Source of the DNA: Antedon mediterranea
Taxonomy: Eukaryota > Animalia > Echinodermata
DNA length: 64,000 bases
Reading direction: 5' to 3'
Assembly (NCBI RefSeq): GCF_964355755.1
Contig: NC_092670.1
Location: 26,708,795 to 26,772,794 of the forward strand
The notes beneath the pieces are model-generated. The model had not been told where the DNA came from. It ran no database searches and saw only the letters and a list, made by a program, of their open reading frames with translations. Positions 13,501-25,500 of this stretch are shown here, in pieces. Positions within the stretch are counted from its first letter, which is position 1, and every line of letters begins with the position of its first letter. The translations under genes were made by a program, and so were the position numbers.

Positions 13501-16500
13501 TAAGCAACAACTCGTTATCATTTATTATAAGCTCCTTTTGCTCTCCATAGTAACTAGAACATTCTTCTGTGACATCATCTATATTAATGCTACTAAATCT
13601 TTTGCGTAATTTTACGTATCTCCTCCGAAACCACTGAACGGTACGTGATCACATTTTGCAAACTGATGTTTATTGAGGGGCCACACACGATAGGCTATGT
13701 CACTTTCCTGAATTTTAAGGATAACCACTAAAAAAAGGCAGTAATTTAACGTCTGCGCAACCATATTACGCCACTGTATAAACTACGCAACTTCCTCTGT
13801 TGTGTACCACCACGACCGGATCTACAAATACTATGCAGGGCCGCCAAATTAAACAGTGTTTAGTCTCGACAGCCGGTCAATGATCGCGTCATTAAAGTTT
13901 AATTAATTACACCTATCCTATTACAGAATGATTTTTGTAAATTATGGTTTGGCTCAGTGAGTAAAACGTGGTGACCATTGATATTATCAATGCTTAGTAC
14001 GTTCAAGTTAAAATCCGCGATATATGTGTAAAAAATAGGTATCAGCGCTTAAAGCAAAAATTCAAAACTAGACCACAATGTAATTACGAAACTAGCAAAA
14101 AAGATACTAAACCTCACACAAAGAAATTGCAAAATATAAAAAACCATTGAAAAAAAACAAACATAAAACACACACACTAATAAAACAAATCCAAATGGGT
14201 GTCGTGTTCCAACAAAATATCAACGAAAAGTACACCCAAAACTTAGAGGTTTGTGTCCGAGCACATCATCTAGTTTCGACTACAAGCTTGTGTACTTTTT
14301 GTGTTTTGTTGCGATCCAGATTAATAACAATGCAAGACATAGGCAACAATTGTAATATCAATTTGTGAGATTTTATGCACGACTGCGAAAAGGGTCCAAT
14401 GCGATTTGCAATTGAATTAGGTATTAGTTTATTTTAATCTTATCTTATTGTATTTTAAAATGCACAACCAATTACATGTGTGTTGATAAAAGATACATTT
14501 TTCAAAATCAAATTTACCTCAAGTCTGTCCAGATTGATAAGTAGTTGATGAAATGTTTTGATCTGGCTAACTGGCACTTTACTTGATTCAGAAATAATAA
14601 AGTTGTACAGACCGGATTCCTCAACAAAGTTGCTTGATGATGGACGTGGAATAAGCTCCTGTCTTCTGCGTTTAGATTTCTACAATTTTTTATAGAAAGA
14701 ATTCAATCTCTATATTAATGCTACTAAATTTTTTGCATAATTTTACGTATCTCCTCCGAAACCACTGAACAGTACGTGCTCACATTTGGCACACTGATGT
14801 TTATTGAGGGATCGCATATGATAGGCTATGTTACTTTCCTGAATTTTAAGCATAAACAGTTAAAAAAGGCAAAAAATAACACAAATTCAGTGACCATGTT
14901 ACGTCACTGTATAAACTACGCAACCTCCTGTATGTGTGTACCGCCATGGCCGGATCTACAAATACCATGCCAGGCCGCCAAAAAACTAGTCCAGTCAATC
15001 TATGACAAAAAAGGGCGTAACCCAAAACAAATTGCAATAGTTTCCAAACCTTTTTTATTTGATTCTATAAGCATCTGGGAAGATCATTTCCAAAATCTAC
15101 CAAAATCGGTTCAGTGGAACATACTTTTTAAGGGGTTTTAAGGTCATAGGGGTCAAATTACACATTTTTCTATTTTGAAAACTACTAGGCGTAGCATGTT
15201 GATTTTGGTGTCAAACTATTCAGAAGACCCATATTTATATGTACTCTAATGAAACCTTTTTACCAAAAATTACAGGAAAGCATGTTTTTGACCTTTGATC
15301 TATTTTATTGTATATTTTCGTATATTCGTATCTTAGTAACCAGTGGGCGTAGATGAGCGTTATTTGCGTCAAACTACTCAGAAGGTCAATGTTTATATTA
15401 GTTCTAATAGAAAAGATCCGTGTAAAATGACCGGAAGTCATTATTTTGACCTTTGACACATATTCATTATTTTAGATTTCTCAGTAAATACATTTTTTAT
15501 ATCTTAGTAACCACTAAGCACAACTTCGTCAATTTTGTGTCAAAAGATTCAGAAGACTCATATTTATATTCACTATAATGAAAAAGTTTTTTTTTAAATG
15601 GATAGAAATTATGTTTTTGACCTTTGACCTATTATACCAGTATATTTGTTTATATTTACTCAGACTAATGAAAACAAATGCAAATGTACAATATAACCGA
15701 AAATCATTATTTTGACCGTTAACATTTTCTAGTCGTGTCATGAATAAACCTCGAGTCTCGAGTATAACATTTTAAATTTGACCAAATAATAAGTGCGGCG
15801 ATCTGACAGACGTTGGGCTGGAATATCAACTGATCTTGCCATAGAACAGTGTCTTATGCGTAGCATAAAAACAAGAGGAGGTCTAACAAGAGGGCGAGGA
15901 TTAACAGAAATTCAACGACTTGTCTGGGTGGGTCCTTTCAACTCCAGTCTGCGCCAAGATCAATCATTCAATGCAAGAGTTCACTAACGTTTCGTATACT
16001 ACCAGTGAACAACATAAAGAAACAACATATGCCAGAAAGATGAAGGACCTCAGTGATGTACAAGACATATCAAGGTATCTGACACTGCGAAATCCATTCA
16101 ATACAGACAGTACAAAATTACTGACAAACATTGCAACTGGAGTGACGGCACATATCAATGTAGACTGTCACAATGCCAAGCATGTAGGTCAACAAATTGT
16201 GCAATCAATGACAAACCAAAAGGTCGCCGACTACACATTTCGGAAAAAGAGCCAATCCATTACAATGAACTCTAAAAGCGCATTGAAGATAAAAGATGAT
16301 GTGGTCAATGTAGATCCTTTACTTCTATTTGAACGACTTGTAACTGCCGGCACAAGATGCCATAATGTCAGGGGCGCAGCCAGTGCGGGGGTCACGGGGG
16401 TCCTGACCCCCCCCTTTTTTTTAGAAAAAATAAATAAAAACATGAGACAACAATACAGATCAAATCATCCTGGAGATACTGTGGAAGATTACTACCGAGC

Positions 16501-19500
16501 AGTATTACCAAATCAACTTCTTGATCATTTACAAACCGAGTTAAAAACCCGTTTTTCTACCGATAACAGGCCATGCTTTAAAATATTTGGCGTAGCACCC
16601 GAGTCTATCGTGAAGTGTAATGTTGAAGAAGTCTTCAAGGAACTTGAATTTGGTACGATGATCTGCCAAGACACGAACATCTTCATTCCGAGCTTCAGTG
16701 ATGGAAGCGACTGTGTAAAATTAGCGGATCCAGATGTGTTCCCGAATGTGCGTGCGCTTCTTCTAATCGCGTAGGCCTATGCCCGTAACGTCTGCTGAAG
16801 CTGAGCGGAGTTTTTCGACTTTGTGGAGAACGAAAACCTGTTTGCGAAATCACATGTCTTATGAGCAGCTTTCGGGATTGTGCCTCATGAACATACACTT
16901 TAACATGAACATTAATACAGAGAATGTCATTCGCGAATTCTGTCTCCAAGCCAAGAAGAATGTTCCAAACTTATGATGCATCACGCGATGTCTAGAGCGC
17001 CGTTATAGTAACTAACGTAAAATGTATGATAATAATTTAGAAGTTAGTTATTACAATTATGTATAAGCTATCACCTATACTATACATTCGAACAAAAAAG
17101 TTATATTTTTAAACAAAATATTGTATGTACTGGGTATGATAAGCGTCTCACATACACACACGGAGCCAAGATAGCTTCTTGGACTTGCACAGTGTATGAA
17201 CTCTAACCTTACGGTTCTCATTTAATAATATCACTCCATGTTCAAATAATTCCTCCTCTGAGTTTACAGCCTCTCTACACAAATCAACAAACAAGCAAGA
17301 AAAAAAGTGTTTGTCTGTGGCAGCCTGGAATATAAAAATGTTCTGTAATGAAAATGAGAGTTGTTTTTTGTTTTCTTTGTTTCAGTTTATTAGTGTTAAC
17401 ATTGTCATATTTGTGTGTGCGTAAACCGATTCAAATGATCTAGATTGCGCTAGACCGCCAAAGCTTCCAGGGGCCTTCGCCCCCTGGACCCCAACCGGGG
17501 GCCCTTGGCGGCCCCCTGGCCCCCAGCCCATGGTTGCTCGCTTCGCTACCAAAATACTCACATATTTGGTTGACCCTCCTTTAATTCTTTGCTGGCTGCG
17601 TCCCTGTAATGTATCAGATATATTTAGATTGTTTGAATCACCAGATATGATGAGGTCTGCAAATAAAGCTAAGTTTAGCTGATAGTTTGTGGTCAACAGC
17701 AATCGAGGTTGCTCCAGAACCTCCTGATCAAATTCAGTACGTCTTAGATGGAGGAGCACTACTTCATAAAATTCCATGGACAAGAGGGGCTTCATGGGGT
17801 GACATATGAGAGTATACACTAAATATGTTTCTCACAAATATGGAAAACCCATTGTTGTTTTTGATGGGTACGATAACTCACTAAGTACAAAAGACTGTAC
17901 ACATACAAGGAGAAGTGGTGGTGGTGGTGTAGCTGTACACTTTGACCAATCTATGACCTTACAAACCAAAAGAGAAGAATTTCTGTCAAACGTTCAAAAC
18001 AAACAAAGATTCATTAAGATTTTGGAAAATAGTCTTGAAAAAGAAGGTTGTACTGTTCACCACGCAGAAGCTGACGCTGACTATCTTGTGTCGAAGATGG
18101 CTCTGTTCTGTGCAGAACAAATAGGCACGGTTGTCATCGCAGATGATACAGATATCCTGGTCCTCCTTATCCACCATGGTGGTCACACCAAACATAATGT
18201 ATGGTTCAAGCCAAACCAAAGGAAAGAAACTAAAAAGGTGCAACGATGTTGGAACATTGCAGCAACAAGACTTGACCTTGGCAGCGATGTTTGTAAATAT
18301 ATCCTATTTTGTCACGCGTTCCTTGGATGTGACACGACATCGCGATTTTTTGGTATTGGGAAAATCAAAGCAGTAACTAAAGTAAGAAGTGACTGTTTCT
18401 TTTCTGAACAAGCGAAAGTGTTTATGACTTTTAAAGCAAACAGACAGGAGGTAATTGCAGCGGGTAATAACGCCATTTTGTCTTTGTATGGTAGCAGTGA
18501 TAATGAAAACCTAGATGAATTGAGGTTTCGTAAATTTCATGAAAAGACTAGATGCAGTACTAAAGCAGTTCATCCACGTTCTTTACCCCCAACGGCATCA
18601 GCGGCAAAGTATCATAGTCTAAGGGTGTACCAACAAGTTCAAGTTTGGCTTGGAAATGAAGAAAATGTACCTCCAGATAAATATGGATGGAAGATCAGCC
18701 AAGGCAGGATGATACCATATTTGACGGACAACCCCCCAGCACCACAATCGGTCCTACAAATCATAAAATGCAAATGCAAAACAGGCTGCTATAATATGAA
18801 ATGCAGCTGTAGGAACAATGGATTAGATTGCTCCATGGCATGTAGTGAGTGTCGAGGTGTATGCGCAAACATTTCACTAGATGATAATGAAGATACCGAT
18901 TCTGAAGATTCAACAATGGGTTTGTAAAATCAGACGATTGGTAAATATTCTCAACCAGGCCTATTTGGATATTTTTCTGTTTTGTGTGTTTTTAGAGTAA
19001 ATATAAACAGAATAATGAATAGTTAAATGCTATCTTGGGTGCTGATCTATGAAGAAATATAACACCAATATATTGCCCCAATTACTAAACGTTTTCTGGA
19101 TAGATATCTAAGGTCAAAATAATTACTTTCGCATTGACTATATACACAGACATTTTTTATTAGAGTGGATATCCTTCTGAGTTGTTTGACACAAAAAATG
19201 CTCATCTAAACCAATAGTTCACAAAGATACAAATATATAAATATAATAGTTGAAAGCTTCCGGTCATTTTCTGTAAAAATAGTTTCATTAGAGTAAATAA
19301 ATATGGTTCTTCTGAATTGTTTAACACAAAAGTTAATACAAAAAATATATTTAGTGAGATATGAAATAAAGAATATGTTAACGGTCAAAACGATGACTTC
19401 CGGTCATAACACACAACACTTTTTCATTAGAGTGAATATAAACATAGACCTTTTGAATATTTTGACACAAAAAATGCTCATCTACGCCCATTGGTTACAA

Positions 19501-22500
19501 AGATATGAATATACCAATATAATAGGTCAAAGGTCAAAAGAGTAGTTTCCGGTCATTTTTTTGTAAAAAGTTTTATTAGAGTGAATATAAATAAGGGTCT
19601 TCTGAATTGATTACCACAAAAATTACGAAGTTACGCCTATTGGTCACCGAGATACAAAAAATTTAATTAGTGAAATAATATAAAATAATGAATATATGTC
19701 AAAGGTCAAAATGATGTCGTCTGGTCATAATACACAAAACGTTTTCATTAGAGTGAATATAAACATAGACCTTCTGGGTATTTTGACACCAAAAACGCTT
19801 GTTTACGCCCAGTGGTTACCGAGATATGAATATGCCAAAATAATAGGTTAAAGGTCAAAAACATGGATTCCGGTCATTTTTTATAAAAACTTTCATTAGA
19901 GTGAATATAAATATGGGTCTTCTGAATTGTTTGACACCAAAATTACCAAGTTCGGCCAAGCGGTTACTGAGATATACAAATATAGAATTTGACCCTCATG
20001 ACCTCTTGACCCCTTAAAAAAGTATGTTCCACTGAACCGATTTTGGTAGATTTTGGAAATGTTTCTTCCAGGAACATATAGAATCAAATAAAAAAGGTTC
20101 GGAAACTATTGCAATTTGTTTTGGGTCTATCGGTAGATTGACTGGACTAAACAGTGTTTAGTCTTGGCAGCCGGTCAACCGTATCGAATCGTGCCATTGA
20201 AGTTTTAATTAATTGCATCTATTTTTTTGAACAGAATGATTTTCATAAAACACAGTTTGGCTCAGTGAGTAAAACAATGTGGCCATTGATATCAATACTT
20301 AGTATGTTCGAGTTCAAATCCGCGATATGTGTACATAATAAGTATCATCGCTTAAAGCTAAAATTCAAAACTAGACCACAATGAAATTACAAAACTAGCA
20401 AAAAAGAAACCAAACTTCACACAAAAAAATTGCAGTATAACTAGATTTAATTCGTCATTATGACGAATAGGTAATATGCATTGATTTAAATAAAGATAAT
20501 TTATTTTTTAAAAGATATATTGATTATTACTAACGAATTCAACAATTTTTTTGTTGAAATTGCCTCTAGAATTTCACAATCAATTAACCCATTTCTTAGT
20601 TTACAAGAAAGATGATCCACATGTGATTAACAACTACAGACCCATAAGTCCCATAGCACTTCTTCCCATCTTTTCAAATATTCTTAAAAAGTTAATTTAT
20701 AGTCGTCTATCTTCCTTCTTTACAAAAAATAATATTTTGCATGATAACCAATATGGTTTTTGTTCAGCACATTCGACCGATCTTGCTGTTCTACACATGT
20801 ATGATAAATTAACAACCTCTCTTGCACATGGCAATCATACTATTGGTATATTTCTTGATTTGTCGAAGGCCTTTGACACTATTGATCATGATGTATTATT
20901 ATCAAAATTATACCACCATTGAACTGGCAAACACAAATTGCAATTACTAATAAAACAGTGTCTAAAAATGTTGGTGTTTTTAAGTAAATTAAAATATGTT
21001 CTTCAATACAATATTTTATTTTTGCTTTACAACACTCTCATTTTACCATACTTATCCTAGTGTAATATTGCTTGGGCCTCAATTTCTAACAACATTTTGC
21101 AGACTAATCCTTGGAATAGTCCATCAACATCCAAAATTCACTTTTTTTTTAAGCTTCAAAAGAAGGCTCTAAGGATTTGCACTGGAGCACCCCCAAGATT
21201 ATTCAGCTAAACACTTTAAACATATTCTGCAAACTCTTTGTATTTATGTTTTGTGTTATTAATAACCAACTCTCTTCTCATTTTAACTCGTTGTTTACAA
21301 TGTTCAGCCAGCCTCATTCTTATAAGACCAGGTCATCTACCCGGAAACATTTTATTTATGAAAAGTACACTACAGCCCTAAGGAAAAATTCTTTCATTTT
21401 AACAGACCATTTTTATGGAATAATTTAACTTTAAACATTAAATTATCACCGACCTTACTTTCGTTTAAAAAAAAATACAAACAATACTTAATCCATCAAT
21501 ATTCTTTAGATGGTTAATAAGTTTGCATATCTCACTAGATAGCAATTGTACGTTACCATGTACAATGTGATGTATTTCGGAATACTCAGCCTTAAAGCCC
21601 TTTTTGGCTTATTTGAGTTTCCACACATAAAACGTTATTTTTCTTTGTCTTGTCTTTGTCATATCTTTTACTTATTTTTGGTGGAACAATAAAATGAATG
21701 AATAAATGAATGAATTATTCCTTCTTAATTCTATAACTTACCAATTCATATTTTCACATTAAAATGTTTTAATCTGCCAACTGATTGACAGACTTCGACG
21801 TGCATGTCCCTATCATGCACGTTGTCACTTTCTGATGCGCACCTTAAATTAATATTCACACAGCACAAAGCACCATATCCAGTATTGTTTCATTTTGTAG
21901 CTTACAGTATTTCAAAGTAAAGGAATACTTCGTGTATAACAAAATCAATGGCCGTAAATAGTTCAAATTTTATTCTTGACAATTTGTTGTGCACTTTTAT
22001 AATATACTTAATCATGCCATGAGAATTATAATTATGGCAGACAAGACGGGTTACTGCTAGACCACAATTACAAAAGTGCAAATAGGTAACAAATCTCCCA
22101 CACAAAAAAAATTGCAAAATATCAAAACCATTGAAATAAAAAGAAAATGTAAATGAATAAAAATGAACACACACAAACAAAACGATTCCAAATGGTTTGA
22201 TATATTGTTGAATATGAAAACAACTTAGCAATTCACGTTTCCGCAGCAATGTGTTTTCATTCGATTTATGTCCACTTCTTAAATTTTATCTATATGTATC
22301 AAATAATTAATACACCACAAAAAACACCCGTTTTATACTTTCGTTATATATTGGTGTTTGCGTGCATCATCTATAATTTTTCTTTAGCGACTTTTATTTT
22401 CAACAATTCTAACTTACCTGTGCTAAGTTTGTGCATGTTGCATTCACATCAAATGCTGGTGATGCACTCTGACATATACGATCTTTAGCATTCTTCATGT

Positions 22501-25500
22501 CCCCTTCCCAAACCCTAGCACCAGTTTTCTTGAAATAAATACGTTGACTGGATGGTATCATGACAGATAGCCAACTAGGACGATATAGCTTGTACACAGA
22601 CAGTAACCCAGAGATGTGTGGATGAGCACCCTTTAAGAAAAAATAGTACAAAACCAAAATCAACACTAGCTTTTTTACAAAATTCATATACCCTCATTTG
22701 GTTAACATTTGCCAAGTACATGCAATGCAATCTAAATTCTCAATCAAGTAAATTTCTGCAGGTAAGTATCCTTAAATTATGTATTCCAACCGTTTCATTT
22801 GGCAAGGAAATGAGAGTCAACTATCATATGCAAAATTAAATTGCACACTAGGTACAGTACTGTAAAAAAGAAAGAAAGCGCGCTAGCAAACGGACGTGTA
22901 CAAATATCCTCCACGAAAAATTTATTAAAAAAACAGGAAATCTAAAGAATTACAAGAGGAATTTTATATCAGAAGAAAGAAGAAAACACAAAGAAACCAA
23001 AACAAAAAGCGGAAATATAAAAAGGGGACATTTAGGCATCAAAATAGTAAGTTTAAAGGAGAATAATTTTGAAAAATTCTAAACTACGTAGTGAACTTTT
23101 TTTAAATTACATATTCTGGAAGTAGATGAGTTATTTCTATCGAATCATGCATTAATAAATATGGCTAACCAAACATTATGACGTCATCGTATGGCCACTC
23201 GAATATAAAATATAGGATTTTTTTCTCTTTCGTCATAGCTCGTCACATTTAATAAAGCGCATCTCCACTTATCCGTATTCCATTTCCCTCAATTTTTTTA
23301 TATTGTCTAGGTCAATCAATTATCTTTCGCATGATTCACCATTTTTTGAAATTTTTATGACGTCATCATGTGCAAAAGCGTCAGTAACTTTGGTCACTTA
23401 TTTTCACCTATTCTGCACTGTATGTAGTACCTATACAGTATATAGCGTATACCGTATATACTTTACGTGACGCAAAATAGAGAGCGCGCTAAATTTTTTT
23501 TCAATGGCGTAATCGTTTTTCTGCGCGCAATATTCTGACGTGTGGCGTGCGCGTGGCTTTTGCGATGCGGATAACCTAACTCGTCCGTAGTGACGAGTTC
23601 AAATCTAGTTTTAATAAATTTTTTATATATATATTTTTACTATGACATGTATTTTTACACGCAATTTGGCTCTTAGTCTTAGCCACGAGTTGTAATTTTG
23701 GTAGATTTTTGATGTTTGAAATAAAAGTGAATAATAATAATGTATACAGACTAAATAAGACTTGATTTAATAGATATTATACATGTCACATTAAATAGAA
23801 TTATGATAATATATTTTGCAATTGTAAAACATTTTATACAACATCTTCGCCTATCCTTCGTGAAAATACTACCGGTGGTCCAGGCTTAGATTAGTGTAAC
23901 TGTCACTTATGGCGGCGCCCTACCACATGGATAATATTACTGTTACGGTGAAAATCGCGGATTACTCATTCTTATTCTTTGATTACACCAACATCGACAT
24001 TCACAATATATGTAAGACATGTGATTTATCTACATTAATCAAAACCCAGCAATGAAATTATGCTGTACATCTGATTAGATCCGATAATGATCGGATGACG
24101 AAAAAGCTATTCTTCCAAGATGACAAATGCTCGAAGCGTGCTTATTTTGAATCGGCACTTACTTATTAATGCCATCTAGAACACTCTGTCAGAGTATATA
24201 TTATATGTAGGCCAAGGTTCATCCTATAATACAGCAGTGTTCTCCCCAGGATTCACATCAAGCGTCACGCTTCGGCGCCACCCCCTCCCCAGGGGGGGGG
24301 GGGGCATTCCGACATTAAGTACTTGAGTCACAGCCCCACCATGGTTGGGGCTGTGGCGAAGCGATTTTTGGTAATTTATACCCTAGATGGCCGGAAATGG
24401 TACTCTCGCACAACATTTATGTTGAATGACACCTCTGGTTTGGCCGAAAATAACACTTATAGCGCGCTAGCAAACAACAAAACGATCGTAGGCAACTTTT
24501 TCCGCCGGTAAACATACGCAAAGAAACATTTTTTGCGTTCATTACGAACGTCAGGGGGAAGCCCCAATGAAAAAAATAGGCCTAATCTAAGCCTACTCAT
24601 CAGTAGGACAACTCTAGTTGGCCGGAAACGAAACTTTATAGCGCACTAGCAAACAGTAAAACCATCGTAGCATACTTTTTCCGCCAGTAAACATACGCGA
24701 TAAAAAAATGTTTTTGCGTTCAATACGAACGTCAAGGGGAATTCCCCGATGAAATAAAACTAGGCCTACTCATGAGTAGGACAACTCTGTAGTTGGCCGG
24801 AAAGACACTTCATAGCGCGCTAGCAAACCGCACAATCGTAGCCTACTTTTTCCGCCGGTAAACATACGCGATAAGAAACATTTTTTGCGTTCATTACGAA
24901 CGTCAAGGGGAATTCCCCGATGAAATAAAAAATGCCTACTCATCAGTAGGACAACTCTGTAGCTGGCCGGAAAGGACACTTCATAGCGCGCTAGCAAACA
25001 GCCCGATCGTAGCCTACTTTTCCGCGATGGTAAACATACGCGATAAATGAAAAAAAAAATATGCCTACTCATCAGTAGGCAACTGTATTAGCCGGAAACG
25101 ACACCTCATAGCGTGTTAGCAAACATTTGTCGTATTCGATTGGGAACTTTTGTTGTCAACGTAAAGATTCGTTGAGTACTTTTTGTATTCGAATTGTAAA
25201 TTTGTGCTAACAGAAAGTCATTCGAATAGAAAACGTTGACAACGAAAGCTTTTTCGTTAAGAACAATCTCAACGCTCAAAATACTCCGTTAAAGAAGTAC
25301 TCAACGGAAAAACTGTACTCAACAGTGAAAGTCTAAATCGAATACGACAATTAAAACGATCGTAGCCTACTTTTTTTTCCGCCGGCGGGTAAACATATGC
25401 GATAAAAAAACATTTTTTTGCATTCAAATACAAACATCGGGGGCAAGTCCCGATGAAATAAAACTAGGCCTACTCATTAGTAAGACACCTCTAGTTGTCC

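Larger units (their letters stand above)
14987..20149 (+). mobile_element. Academ (XPG-type) DNA transposon, internally deleted
   Basis: Termini TAGTCCAGTCAATCTA / TAGATTGACTGGACTA, imperfect TIRs several hundred bp long, 3-bp TSD AAC confirmed against the empty paralogous site at about 13845; coding remnant 15793-18927. Confidence 0.82.
14707..20440 (+). mobile_element. Second copy of the same Helitron, split by the Academ insertion (14707-14986 + 20150-20440)
   Basis: Collinear with 13578-14130 once 14987-20149 is removed. Confidence 0.75.

Noticed and set aside
15920-16774. 284-aa ORF as a novel fusion gene
   Set aside because: Chance read-through from the Academ frame across the TSD into the nested hAT remnant.
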